A DNA stretch of 64,000 nucleotides from an uncultured bacterium (GCA_903841185.1 CAIMIV010000012.1:86-64085); one strand, 5' to 3'. Shown: positions 11,458 through 22,848, counted from the stretch's first letter. Numbers and translations are program-made. Notes: generated by a model not told the origin, from the letters alone.

Positions 11458-11928
11458 CTAGCCTCGATTCTCTTTTTTTAGCTTATCCATCAAAGCCTGC
11501 CATTTTTCATCTGCCGGAGTATCCTTCCATGCACCCTTTAAAAATTTCTTAATATGGGTTCCATGGATATAATCTCCGTCTGCATCAAAATAGATCACAT
11601 TAATGGCGGTTTCTGGAACAGAACCACCTGCCAGCCCTCTCGCTTTGTAATCACCTTTTCGTACATATGAATACTCTGTATTTCCTCCGTCTGATTGAGG
11701 AATTTTAATTTCCCACAAATAAAGACCCTGTTCATCTTCCAGCACTCTGATGTCCTCAAATTTATCTTCTCCGATTATTTCTTCAAACAAAGCAAGAACC
11801 TCCTCTTTGGTATGAATATGTTCAGGCACTTCTTTTTCAACAATCTCTTTTTCTACTTCTGATTTTTTTTCTGACTGTTCAGCAACTTCTCCCACCTTGC
11901 TGACTGGTGATATTTCCCATATAGACAT
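11458..11928 (-). CDS. Hypothetical protein
   Basis: 156-aa ORF with an acidic N-terminus. No recognised domain. Confidence 0.45.
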   Translation of the reverse strand: MSIWEISPVSKVGEVAEQSEKKSEVEKEIVEKEVPEHIHTKEEVLALFEEIIGEDKFEDIRVLEDEQGLYLWEIKIPQSDGGNTEYSYVRKGDYKARGLAGGSVPETAINVIYFDADGDYIHGTHIKKFLKGAWKDTPADEKWQALMDKLKKENRG

Positions 11929-12045
11929 AATTTTTATAATTTCTAATACTTAACCTTGATCCAAGTTTAGCACAAACGTTCCAGATATAAAAACAAAAAA
12001 ATAGGGATTTGGTTGCAATTGCAACCAAACCCCTCGGAAAACTGT

Positions 12046-12288
12046 TTAGATCTGGCGTATTCTGTTTCTACAATGATGACAGATAGGGTGAGACCCTTTT
12101 GCCTCAAAGATCTTCATTGCAAACGAACAAATGTCTGTGAAAAACAGACCGGTATTTGAGAGATCGCTTAAATCCAATTCTCCGCCATCACCCAAGCCAA
12201 TCCAGACGACCCTAACGCAATTCTCTGTAACTGGCCCAATCCCCCTTCTTTCTGCAACCATCATTATTTCACTGATAATTACATCCAT
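12046..12288 (-). CDS. Hypothetical small protein
   Basis: 80-aa ORF. Weak call. Confidence 0.25.
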   Translation of the reverse strand: MDVIISEIMMVAERRGIGPVTENCVRVVWIGLGDGGELDLSDLSNTGLFFTDICSFAMKIFEAKGSHPICHHCRNRIRQI

Positions 12289-12507
12289 CTGCTCCCTCCC
12301 CAGCGCCTCGATCTGGCTTTTTGAGTTATTATTTACACCATCACCTTATAATAATAAGAACTATTCCATATTAGAAGATTACCAAAATTGACACAGCTAG
12401 TCAATCAAAAACACAAAAACTTAAATAGACTCGCAGGAATAAAAAAAGAGGGTTGATGGACAATCCCACGCAGCCCCCTTCGTATGCATCAAAGCATCTT
12501 ATTTTGT

Positions 12508-13011
12508 CTAAAGACTATTTCCGCCACAGATACATTTTTTGTGATCAGCACCCGCCAACATTAAAGTCTCGCAGATTTGATCAACTCTTTCTCCGCAACC
12601 AACACAAATGACATCTACGCTCGTGCTCTCTGGATCTGAATACGTTGGTCTATATTCATATCCCACAAGTTCTTTTCTAAAAACAAGACTGGCACGCCGC
12701 ACAAACAAGATGTTATTGTTTTGAAATTCATTTTTTACGGAAAATCTATGCGACCCGCTTTTCAAACACACAGATCTCAGCATGAATTTTTTTATCCCCG
12801 CCGCCTTCTTCTCCCTGCTGACAAAGGCCTTGATTCTCTCCAGGCCAACTTTTATGGCATGGCTAGGACCGAATGCCTGGAAAGAAATCTTGAATGGATA
12901 AGAAGATTCATCTTTCCATTTATTTCTTCTCAGGCATATCTCACCTGACAATATCCATTTTTCTTTGGGTACTGAAGCATTAAACTTTTTCCGTCTTCGC
13001 ATAACCGCCAA
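12508..13011 (-). CDS. Hypothetical protein with C-terminal CxxC...CxC zinc-ribbon-like motif
   Basis: C-terminus 'ICVGCGERVDQICETLMLAGADHKKCICGG'. Confidence 0.4.
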   Translation of the reverse strand: MAVMRRRKKFNASVPKEKWILSGEICLRRNKWKDESSYPFKISFQAFGPSHAIKVGLERIKAFVSREKKAAGIKKFMLRSVCLKSGSHRFSVKNEFQNNNILFVRRASLVFRKELVGYEYRPTYSDPESTSVDVICVGCGERVDQICETLMLAGADHKKCICGGNSL

Positions 13012-13136
13012 GCCTCCCTCATCTAATTTGGAATATTTTGCCTCTATCTTAATGCCCAGGAATGTGACCCCTCTCCTCTAGATAGTGCCTTTTTACTTTC
13101 TCCGTTTTTTCCTCACCGAGGAAAATAAACTTATTT

Positions 13137-13508
13137 TCAATTGCCTGACACTGGTAATCCAGCCGTCATACAAGCACCCTTGCCCGGTCCGGCAGGAAAC
13201 AACTCATAAATCCTCCCGAGTGGAGTATTAGTCGAATGAGATATCTGTCTGGCCATAGGCGCAAAACCATTTTTTCTATGATATTCTTGCAAAAAATTAA
13301 TGATTTTATAGTGCTCATCAGTCAAACTACCATCCGCATTCAGGCAAGCAATAACTGGATATGGACATGGTGATCCATCTGGATATCTCACCTTTACCGT
13401 TTTGCAATGTTCAATCCAGCTCGGATCCCACTGCGATCCGTCAACCAAAAAACCTTTTTCGTCTACCTCGTAGAATCTTCCTCCGTGCTCAATTGTGGGC
13501 ATAACCAA
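13137..13508 (-). CDS. TusE/DsrC-family sulfur-relay-like protein (atypical C-terminus)
   Basis: Aligns with the E. coli TusE consensus blocks (…SQW…, …LFP.GP.K.A…AGLP…). It carries a ~25-aa Cys/Pro-rich insertion. It ends 'AGLPVSGN' and lacks the conserved terminal Cys. Confidence 0.65.
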   Translation of the reverse strand: MVMPTIEHGGRFYEVDEKGFLVDGSQWDPSWIEHCKTVKVRYPDGSPCPYPVIACLNADGSLTDEHYKIINFLQEYHRKNGFAPMARQISHSTNTPLGRIYELFPAGPGKGACMTAGLPVSGN

Positions 13509-13806
13509 TATTCTCCTTCGATAAAAGATTTCTTATAACCCAAAGATGCATAAATTTATGCTATTTCTGAGATCTTTTGGAAAAAACTACTTTAAATCAG
13601 TTTACAGAAAAAAATGCGTAAGTCAAGCTAAAATGCGGAATAGGTGGACAACTCGAAATAAACTCACTGTGAAATATAAATTAATATTTGTGAAAATTAC
13701 AACTGTTACCTATTTGTTGTATAAAAAAATCCTTGCTACCGAGTAGATCGGCAACAAGGATAAACCCCTACAAGCTCATTGCATTAATGTATGAATAAAG
13801 TCTTTT

Positions 13807-14322
13807 TCACTCAGCAGGCCTCTTCCATTCAATCTGAAGCCTCTCGTCCGCTGCATGGATTTCTTTTATGGCCTCTACTCTGGCTAGAAGCAGTTTTTTT
13901 GCCAAAGCTGGGTCACTGAGCGCCAAAATCTGAGCAGCCAACCAAGCTGCATTTTTGGCTCCATCAATAGCCACCGTGGCGACAGGCATGCTCGGTGGCA
14001 TCTGAACCGTGGCAAGCAGCGCGTCAACACCGGCCAATGGTGATGCCTTTGAAGTCAGTGGCACGCCGATAACAGGCAAGGTTGTTTCGGCAGCCACAGC
14101 TCCGGCCAGATGAGCAGCCATACCGGCGCCACACATAATCACTTGACAGCCTGCCGCTCTCGCATCTTTAACAAGCTTTCGAGTGCGCTCAGGACTGCGA
14201 TGCGCGCTCGTTATGTGCATTTCATATGCGATGCCCAATTCATCCAGCACTTCTTTTGCCTTGGACATACAAGGCGCATCCGACCCACTACCTATAAGAA
14301 TTAATACCTTTATTATCATCAA
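13807..14322 (-). CDS. purE: N5-carboxyaminoimidazole ribonucleotide mutase PurE
   Basis: Motifs 'GSGSD' and 'SAHRSP' together with a Gly-rich 'GAGMAAHLAG' stretch. Confidence 0.85.
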   Translation of the reverse strand: MMIIKVLILIGSGSDAPCMSKAKEVLDELGIAYEMHITSAHRSPERTRKLVKDARAAGCQVIMCGAGMAAHLAGAVAAETTLPVIGVPLTSKASPLAGVDALLATVQMPPSMPVATVAIDGAKNAAWLAAQILALSDPALAKKLLLARVEAIKEIHAADERLQIEWKRPAE

Positions 14323-14700
14323 TCATTCCTCCTTTTGTCATTAGATCACTAGATTTTTAAAAATTATTCCGAAAGAAACAATCCTTGCTATTACGCTCAG
14401 CTATTAACTTTTGCCATAGGCAACGTCTCCCATAAGTGATTGATCTTAGGCCTCAACTATCATCAAAATCCGACGATTTCGATCTTGTCGAGATCTCCTT
14501 TATTCAATTTACAAGGTTCTATGTCATATTGACTCATATTAATCAATAACTCACTCTAAGGTAAATTACCAGCCAAGTCAAGGCAAGATACAAAAACAGG
14601 GCTGTCTCTATTCTGTTTTTTCCTGCATGTACGTTCAGTCAATCCTTATTCGCCATAGGCGGATTGATGTTTGTGGCTAAATTATAAATTTAGATGATCA

Positions 14701-15321
14701 TCAAAATCTCTTGTGCAGTATAAATATAATCAGCAAAGTTATGGCTCCAAGTAACCACCCACCCAAGACATCACTCATCCAATGCACTCCCAGATAGATC
14801 CGCGACAAGCCCACCAGCAAAATCAGCATCGCCGCCAGAAAGGCTACTCCATTCTTCTGCCAGCGTTTTTGGCACCACGACCAAAGGATAAAAAGCAACG
14901 CTCCATAGAAGACCATGGCCGTCGTAGCGTGTCCGCTGGGAAAAGCGTAGCCGTCACTGGATATCAGGGAAAAACTCGCGTCCGGACGCGTTCGCCCAAT
15001 TGTGATTTTCAATATTCGTTCCAGCAATTCACCCACAACTACGGAAGCGATTAGAAATTGCATCGAACGCCATCGCTTGAACAATAGCAAAGCCAGCAGC
15101 ACAGCTGCTCCAAAATATATGATTACGCGCATACTACCTAGAACCGTAAAAAATAAAAAAACATCGGTCAGCAAAGGACTGCGCACGCCCATCACCCACT
15201 GCATTATTTGTTCGTCCATGGCAGTTAACGGACCGGCCAGCCAAACACTCCAGACCAAGACAAAAAACAAAACTGAAAGCCCCATCATCAACCCCAACAA
15301 TTTTCGCTTATCTTTTTCCAT
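14701..15321 (-). CDS. PAP2-family membrane phosphatase (undecaprenyl-diphosphatase-like)
   Basis: PAP2 motifs 'KxxxxRTRP', 'FPSGHA' and 'SRIYLGVHWMSD', with multiple TM helices. Confidence 0.8.
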   Translation of the reverse strand: MEKDKRKLLGLMMGLSVLFFVLVWSVWLAGPLTAMDEQIMQWVMGVRSPLLTDVFLFFTVLGSMRVIIYFGAAVLLALLLFKRWRSMQFLIASVVVGELLERILKITIGRTRPDASFSLISSDGYAFPSGHATTAMVFYGALLFILWSWCQKRWQKNGVAFLAAMLILLVGLSRIYLGVHWMSDVLGGWLLGAITLLIIFILHKRF

Positions 15322-15358
15322 AGCATTAAGTCTTCTAAAAAAATCTTTTTTGCCTTTG

Positions 15359-15817
15359 CTAAAATCCCACCACCGTTATCCGAGGATGGCTTTTGAATTG
15401 TTCTTTTTTGGCGCTCACGCGGTTTTCCAGCGTCAAAATATATACCTCGTCGAAACCGGTCGCTAACAAAGCGAAGTCATCGCCGTTGACGTGATTCAGC
15501 ACGGAAGCAATTTCAATAACCGGAATGATGACCGTGGCCGCTATCCCCCACTCCGCCAAAAGATCTTGCACTTGCATCTGATTCTTCTCCAGCACATCCC
15601 TGGCCAGCTTGCGCTCTTCGAAAGAGTTTGTGATTCGCCCTTGCGGACCGAACTCGATAGGAAATCCTTTTTCCTTGAAAGCCTCGTTGATCTGGGTGCC
15701 GCCTCCGACGCAGACGACTGTAAAAAAAGTTTGCGCAGTTGCCTTCAGCCACTGCAAAACATTTTCTTTGTCAATCAAATCCCCGGACACTTTTATAAAC
15801 GCTGTTTTTCTTTGCAT
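15359..15817 (-). CDS. Short amino-acid-kinase-fold-like protein (uncertain)
   Basis: N-terminal 'FIKVSGDLI' resembles the AAK-family nucleotide-binding start. At 152 aa it is only about half the usual size for that family. Confidence 0.3.
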   Translation of the reverse strand: MQRKTAFIKVSGDLIDKENVLQWLKATAQTFFTVVCVGGGTQINEAFKEKGFPIEFGPQGRITNSFEERKLARDVLEKNQMQVQDLLAEWGIAATVIIPVIEIASVLNHVNGDDFALLATGFDEVYILTLENRVSAKKEQFKSHPRITVVGF

Positions 15818-15863
15818 GAGGGTTATTTTTTATGGGATATTTTTTAATGTTATATTTTTCATA

Positions 15864-17006
15864 TTACTCAACCACCCTTCTTAGATGTTGCGGAATATGC
15901 ACTAAAATTTCATAGGGAATCGTGTTTGCCATTTTCGCCATATTTTCAACTGAGTTTTCTTTTTCAGGCTCATTGCCCAGAACAACAACCAAGTCTCCCA
16001 ATTTGACTTCAGGCACTCCAGTCACATCTATTGAGGTAATATTCATACTGACCCTTCCGACAATCGGACAGGCCTTGTCCCCGACTGTAAAAAATCCCAC
16101 ATTGGACAATCGCCTATCCACACCCTCAAAATATCCAACCGGCACCGTGGCAATTTTTCTTTCGGTTTCAGTTTTGTAGGTGTTGTTATAGCCTACATAT
16201 TCCCCCGCCGGAATGGTTTTGACTGAGCTGATGACAGACCGCATCTGCAAAACCGGCTTCAAATCCAGCTTTGCCAGCGGTGCAGTATTTATTCCATACA
16301 ATCCCAAGCCCAGCCGGCCGACATTACAAAAGGCTTGCTGAGCATACTGAGTCCCCGCCGTAGCCGACAAATGAAAAAATTTGATGTTTTCAAAATTGCG
16401 CTTGAAAGATTCCACCACGTTTTGCCATTGCTTGATTTGGAGCTTGGTAAAACTCTCATCTTCATCATCCGCATCAGCCAGATGGGAACAGACGCCCTCC
16501 AAATTTATGAACTTGTTGGAGGCAATGATTTCCATAGCGCTTTCAATTTCCCGAGGCAAAATGCCTTGGCGATGCATGCCGGTGTCAATTTTGATATGAA
16601 AAGTCTTTCTTTTTTTCAGCCCTTCCGCTATTTCCCTCAATTGCTCCAAGCTGGTAATCGTAAATGCCACATTTGATAGCCGGCTCCCGAAGATGTTTTC
16701 CGGGCTGACGTACCCGATCACCAGAACGGGAGTCTGGATGCCATCTTGTCGCAAAGCATTGGCTTCAAACAAGGAATCCAGGACAAAAAATGCAACCCGC
16801 TCTTTTTCCAAAATTCGGCCAACCTCGATAAGGCCGTGCCCATAGGCATTACTCTTCAAAACTGGAGCAAAAGAAATTTCCGGATATTTTTCCTGATATG
16901 CATTCAGATTATGCAACAAATTTTTTCTGGAAATCAAAACTTCTACAGAAGGTCTGTAATTGGAAAAATTCTTTTTTATTGTCCGCAATATATTTATTAG
17001 TTTCAT
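15864..17006 (-). CDS. alr: Alanine racemase
   Basis: PLP-lysine motif 'VLKSNAYGHG' and C-terminal 'GRVSMNITSIDVT'. Confidence 0.85.
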   Translation of the reverse strand: MKLINILRTIKKNFSNYRPSVEVLISRKNLLHNLNAYQEKYPEISFAPVLKSNAYGHGLIEVGRILEKERVAFFVLDSLFEANALRQDGIQTPVLVIGYVSPENIFGSRLSNVAFTITSLEQLREIAEGLKKRKTFHIKIDTGMHRQGILPREIESAMEIIASNKFINLEGVCSHLADADDEDESFTKLQIKQWQNVVESFKRNFENIKFFHLSATAGTQYAQQAFCNVGRLGLGLYGINTAPLAKLDLKPVLQMRSVISSVKTIPAGEYVGYNNTYKTETERKIATVPVGYFEGVDRRLSNVGFFTVGDKACPIVGRVSMNITSIDVTGVPEVKLGDLVVVLGNEPEKENSVENMAKMANTIPYEILVHIPQHLRRVVE

Positions 17007-17112
17007 TGGTTTTTTTATTACCCATAAAGCATCTTGATTATAGCTTATCTTGAAACAAAAAAACAGGGGGTGGCACTTCTCTAAGTGCTCACCCCCTCCG
17101 TGCCTACAATAA

Positions 17113-17832
17113 TCAGAGCTTGCCCCGAATCTCCATAAGTTCTTCTACGGACATATTTGCAACATCCGTTAGATCCACCCCCATTGCTTGCAGTTTTTTG
17201 TATTTCTCAGTCATGTCAGCCACAATCTCATCCACTTCAGAAGCAAGGCAGAGCAACTGGAATGCACCCGTGTCAATGACGGCCAGCAATTCTGGATGAT
17301 CAAAGTCACTCAGAGCCTCATCCAATCGACCGGGCTGCACCATCATAACATTATTTTTCCTGGAAAAAATTTGTTCTACCATCATTTTTCCAGATGTAGC
17401 TGGTCTTCCCATATCAATGCGCATTCCGTCTTTCATCAAGTCCGCAGCCATAGCGAATTCGTCAATCTCCACAATAGAAGCGTTTACGCTCTCGACAGAA
17501 AGACCTTTGTCCCAAATCACCTTTACTCCATTCTCGAGCTCAAAAATGAAAACACCTTCATCCATGATGCCAGTGTCTCTTGCCTTTGCAACAGTCAGAC
17601 CGGCACTGCCTCCCATTCCATTATTGCGAAAATCATTGAGCTCCAAAACAAGTGGCGTTGATTTGAAACCAAGCCCCTTGCCAGACCCCTGTCCAAATTT
17701 GGAGCCAATGTCCCAGAGGTTCCACAACATCTCCCCACTTACACCATCGGGCAACCCCATAATGGCGCTCTCCGGAATTATTTTGAAACCATCCCTATTT
17801 TTGCCGAACTCAAAATACCTTTCCTTATCCAT
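17113..17832 (-). CDS. Hypothetical protein
   Basis: 239-aa ORF with a Gly-rich N-terminal half. No recognised domain. Confidence 0.45.
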   Translation of the reverse strand: MDKERYFEFGKNRDGFKIIPESAIMGLPDGVSGEMLWNLWDIGSKFGQGSGKGLGFKSTPLVLELNDFRNNGMGGSAGLTVAKARDTGIMDEGVFIFELENGVKVIWDKGLSVESVNASIVEIDEFAMAADLMKDGMRIDMGRPATSGKMMVEQIFSRKNNVMMVQPGRLDEALSDFDHPELLAVIDTGAFQLLCLASEVDEIVADMTEKYKKLQAMGVDLTDVANMSVEELMEIRGKL

Positions 17833-17984
17833 GCCACTCCTCCTTACAAGTTTTCTGGTTGACTAGCGCCTAGATGACAAAACTCGTCCTATTGATTTTT
17901 AAAAGAAATCTTCATCAAAATTGATATTTCCTGATGAATAAATAATCATAGCACAATTGCAGAATTTGTAAATGCCTCACATCA

Positions 17985-18065
17985 ACTCTAAAAACAGGCC
18001 TTTCCCCCGCTCTGTTTCTTTTCTTCGTGTATAAGTCAGCCATCAAAATCTTTTGTGATTAGTCC
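17985..18065. repeat. ~80-bp direct repeat, copy A (terminator hairpin + 'GTGTATAAGTC' + 'TTTTGTGATTAGTCC')
   Basis: Near-identical to 20033-20113, with about 4 mismatches. Confidence 0.8.
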
Positions 18066-18128
18066 ATTCATCCATCACTACTCTCCAAAAAGGAAACGAT
18101 TCTTGGGAAAAATTAAATATTGAATTTT

Positions 18129-18701
18129 TTATTTCCAAAAATAATTATACATCAATAGCGAAATCAGTATTGAAAAGTAAGCTACTGTAAATACAAAGTA
18201 TATAAAATTACTAAATTTTAAGCTTTTTAAGGTCTTCATCATTTTTGCATCACTATATATTTTTTCAAATGATTTATTTATATTTAATGAAAAAACATCC
18301 AAATATTTTAGCGTTATGTTTCGTTGGAAGATTCTATTAAACACAAACATCACTGCATATGCTACGGGTAAGCCAGCAACAAATCCAGATATACTCATAA
18401 ATACCAGCATTATAAAAATCAACCCTGGTTCTTTACTGGTATTGGTCGCAATATCTGCTTGTTTAGATGCAAGCAAGAATAACCCCATTCCAAACACAAA
18501 CATTCCAAAGAAATAAAAAAAGAAGAGATAATTTCGATAAGACTTCTTAATCTCTTCATTTTTTTTCAAATACTCAACTTGCCTATTAAACTCATCTAAT
18601 TCTTCTCGGCTTGGCTTAGAATAAAGTCTCGCCCCCTTCATAATAATTTTTATGATAATTGGTATCAAAAGTAATGAGAATATGCTGATAAAAATATACA
18701 T
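18129..18701 (-). CDS. 4-TM membrane protein (hypothetical)
   Basis: 190-aa ORF with four predicted hydrophobic helices and a short charged loop. Confidence 0.5.
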   Translation of the reverse strand: MYIFISIFSLLLIPIIIKIIMKGARLYSKPSREELDEFNRQVEYLKKNEEIKKSYRNYLFFFYFFGMFVFGMGLFLLASKQADIATNTSKEPGLIFIMLVFMSISGFVAGLPVAYAVMFVFNRIFQRNITLKYLDVFSLNINKSFEKIYSDAKMMKTLKSLKFSNFIYFVFTVAYFSILISLLMYNYFWK

Positions 18702-18970
18702 GAAGGTTTTTTATTATTTAGAATAAATTTTATTTACTAAGACAACGATATATCTATTCGCCACCAGTTCATTATATTTTTATTATATCACAAATTTTTA
18801 TAAAACAAAAAACACCCATCCATTGAGTGCTTGATTTTTTTACATATATTTCAGTATTAAAATCTTCCCATAGGTTCAAGAAAGCCGCATAAAAAAAGTG
18901 GCCATATCTGTATAGATACCAGCCACTCATGCGTTCTATAAAAACGCTAATTTGTTGGGTGTAATTACCC

Positions 18971-19930
18971 TTAAATATCAATGGGCTCATCAGGGGTTTT
19001 CTCCGGATAGAAGCTGCTAAAAAACATTGAGTCTGTTGTGGCTCTTTTGATACCGTTAGGATCGATAAATCGCGGATGGTCAAGCTCCGTAATTATCTTT
19101 CTATTCAGACTTGTCCGCGGCCATTCCTTCAATGCCAGATAAGGCAACCCAAGGGATCTCTGATGTCGCTTCCATTCCTCCCTCTGCAGATTTTCCGCAT
19201 GGATACAAAAATCAATTGGTTTGACCTCTTCGAGGACTGAATTTTTGACACCGGGAAGATTAATCTGATTCTCTATAGGAAAACGATATACCAAAAAACT
19301 TTCTATGCCATCAAATCCATAGTTATCAAATGGCGCATTTAGTGAAAGTTCATCCTCAGGAAAATAAAGCAACTTATTCATTTCCTTCGTCAAAGAACTT
19401 GGCCACGCATGATATGAACAAAATCCCGTCAGGTCCAATGAATGACAGATAAATCTTTCAATATTATAATCATACCTGATGCCATTATGTTCCAATCCCA
19501 TTCGACCCCATGCCTCAAGGCTAGTAGAAAAATCCGGATTCTTCACTCCTGTTACCGGCTCTAAAATCATCGGTTCGCCATTCTCATCCTCCTTGGTAAT
19601 CAGAAATAACCGTGGTTCCACAAGAACCTCTTCCTGAATCAAAGTTTCTGGATCCATTAGAAATATTTTGTCATAAGACACCACCGCTCTGAAATCAAGT
19701 CCAACGATAACAATATCCACATCATTGAAACCCCCCGTAAGTGAACTTCCGACAACATACAGCCCGCAGCCTTGAAAAAAGTCCTTATTTTTTTCGGAAA
19801 ATTCAAGAACTTTAGCGATGCAGCTTAATATATGCCTTGCTTGGCCACAGCTAAGTTTTTCCAGCCAGGACATCACCTCTCCACCAAAACCAAATCTTGT
19901 CAGATAAGTATTCATTGAAATCCCCCTCAA
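18971..19930 (-). CDS. Nucleotidyltransferase-fold protein (Pol-beta-like superfamily), function unknown
   Basis: Motif 'VVGSSLTGGFNDVDIVIV' fits the hG[GS]x(7-13)DhDh nucleotidyltransferase signature. A ~230-aa C-terminal extension has no recognised domain. Confidence 0.5.
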   Translation of the reverse strand: MRGISMNTYLTRFGFGGEVMSWLEKLSCGQARHILSCIAKVLEFSEKNKDFFQGCGLYVVGSSLTGGFNDVDIVIVGLDFRAVVSYDKIFLMDPETLIQEEVLVEPRLFLITKEDENGEPMILEPVTGVKNPDFSTSLEAWGRMGLEHNGIRYDYNIERFICHSLDLTGFCSYHAWPSSLTKEMNKLLYFPEDELSLNAPFDNYGFDGIESFLVYRFPIENQINLPGVKNSVLEEVKPIDFCIHAENLQREEWKRHQRSLGLPYLALKEWPRTSLNRKIITELDHPRFIDPNGIKRATTDSMFFSSFYPEKTPDEPIDI

Positions 19931-20032
19931 ACCAAAGTTTTATCCGTTAACTCCGTTAATTTCTAGACCACATTCCCTTGATAATAAAAAGAACTTGATT
20001 AATAATACTACGTTAAACAAGCATAACTGTCA

Positions 20033-20113
20033 AATAAAAAACAGGGCTTTCCCCCGTTCTGTTTCTTTTCTTCGTGTATAAGTCAGCAATCAAAATCTTT
20101 TGTGATTAGTCCT
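20033..20113. repeat. ~80-bp direct repeat, copy B (16S rRNA 3' trailer, processing-stem strand plus terminator)
   Basis: 'TTTTGTGATTAGTCC' at 20099-20113 is complementary to 'GGACTAATCACAAAA' at 21895-21909 on the other side of the 16S gene. The two would form an RNase III-type processing stem. Confidence 0.7.
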
Positions 20114-20203
20114 GTTCGAGCCTAGCTTTTACCAACCGAAGTTGATAAACGACCATTAGATGATTGTAGTTCCGAAGAACTACTGTTCACCACTACTCCC
20201 TAG

Positions 20204-21770
<1,567 letters not shown>

Positions 21771-22285
21771 AAAATTGCAAACTTCCGAAGAAATTTACAA
21801 CTACCTGGTATCTAATGAATCCAGGAATTTGTTTTGCAGTCTTGCGACCACAAAGTTTTTTAGCTCTTATCAAACCACCCGAAGGTGATAAGAAAGGACT
21901 AATCACAAAAAATTGCGATTTTGTCTAAATCTTTGATTTAGCTACAAAATCGTATCCCGAGAACTCGGGAAAGACTCCATAAACTAAAATCAAATTTGAT
22001 TTATACATTACATTCTGATAGAGCTACTAATTCTATCAAATGTAGATTCTGAACATATACATGTATATTCAATTGTTAAGGAAGCTATCTTTTGAGCTCA
22101 CCCGAGGAGTGCGAACAAAAAACACAGCGGTAAAAATATTTCAGTCAATATTTTCATTGCTGTATCTTCTCTTGTCACGTCGCTTGGGAGCGACTGTGAA
22201 TTGTTCGAATACTAATTTTAACTATTATTCGTTTTTTGCTTTTTTGTTGTTAATCTTTAAGTGACTCTTATTTGAGTACTTGTGT

Positions 22286-22314
22286 ATTTTAGCAAGCTCT
22301 GAAAAACTTGTCAA
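22286..22314 (-). promoter_or_regulatory. Consensus sigma70-type promoter (TTGACA-17 bp-TAAAAT) oriented toward the 16S gene
   Basis: On the minus strand, -35 TTGACA (22309-22314 on +) and -10 TAAAAT (22286-22291 on +) with an exact 17-bp spacer. Flanked by a 13-bp inverted repeat AACCCCGTTAGAAA / TTTCTAACGGGGT. Confidence 0.45.
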
Positions 22315-22527
22315 CCCCGTTAGAAATATACCCTGTGGATATCTTTTAACGGGCAGTTTCTAACGGGGTCAACCCCCAGCGATTTCTCCCTGTTGATAAC
22401 TCATCTTGCCTCCTTTTTTTAACCTAGTTTCTTTAGTATAAAGCAAAGTTTGCAGATGGTCAAGGGCCAGGGCAAGCCAACAAAAAAACCTTGATTTTCA
22501 CCAAGGTTTTTCCTGTATTTTTCAATA

Positions 22528-22848
22528 TTATTGCACTCCCAAGTCCTTGTCTGATAGCCCCTGCGTGAGACTGGAATCATCCATCGCTTTCAAATCATTG
22601 TCAATATTTTTCACTTCCGCATCTACCGTGGCGCCGGGTTGTGTGCTGACAGTGGCCGGCAAAGCAATTTCTTTTGACGGAAGATTGCTATCCGTCACAC
22701 TTGCTGGAGGGGTAGTAGTAGATTTTTGAGGCGTCGAGGATATTGCCGGTGCATTTGTCCCCGGTATAGCTTGTTGCGTGCCGCACCCGCCCAAAACCAC
22801 GACTGCCAAAAACAATCCTCCGACTAAAAATAATTTTTGTTGCTTCAT
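22528..22848 (-). CDS. Small secreted lipoprotein (hypothetical)
   Basis: 'MKQQKLFLVGGLFLAVVVLGGCG' is a lipobox-like signal peptide. The real start is probably the internal Met at 22848. Confidence 0.45.
   Translation of the reverse strand: MKQQKLFLVGGLFLAVVVLGGCGTQQAIPGTNAPAISSTPQKSTTTPPASVTDSNLPSKEIALPATVSTQPGATVDAEVKNIDNDLKAMDDSSLTQGLSDKDLGVQ

Noticed and set aside
13137-13140. Possibility that TGA is read as Gly (code 25), which would extend the TusE-like ORF
   Set aside because: Many long genes here terminate cleanly at TGA, TAA or TAG, and no in-frame TGA interrupts the conserved genes. Read-through would add only 'GK' before a TAA and would not restore the conserved Cys.
18772-19083. 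103-aa ORF overlapping the 3' end of the nucleotidyltransferase-fold gene
   Set aside because: It overlaps the longer, motif-bearing ORF in another frame and has no ribosome-binding site or motifs. It is probably a frame artefact, although a short gene in the 270-bp gap cannot be excluded.
19931-20203. Looked for a 23S rRNA, 5S rRNA or spacer tRNAs downstream of the 16S 3' end
   Set aside because: Only a terminator and the 75-bp repeat are present. The NTase-fold gene starts about 270 nt beyond. The 16S is therefore a stand-alone gene in this window.
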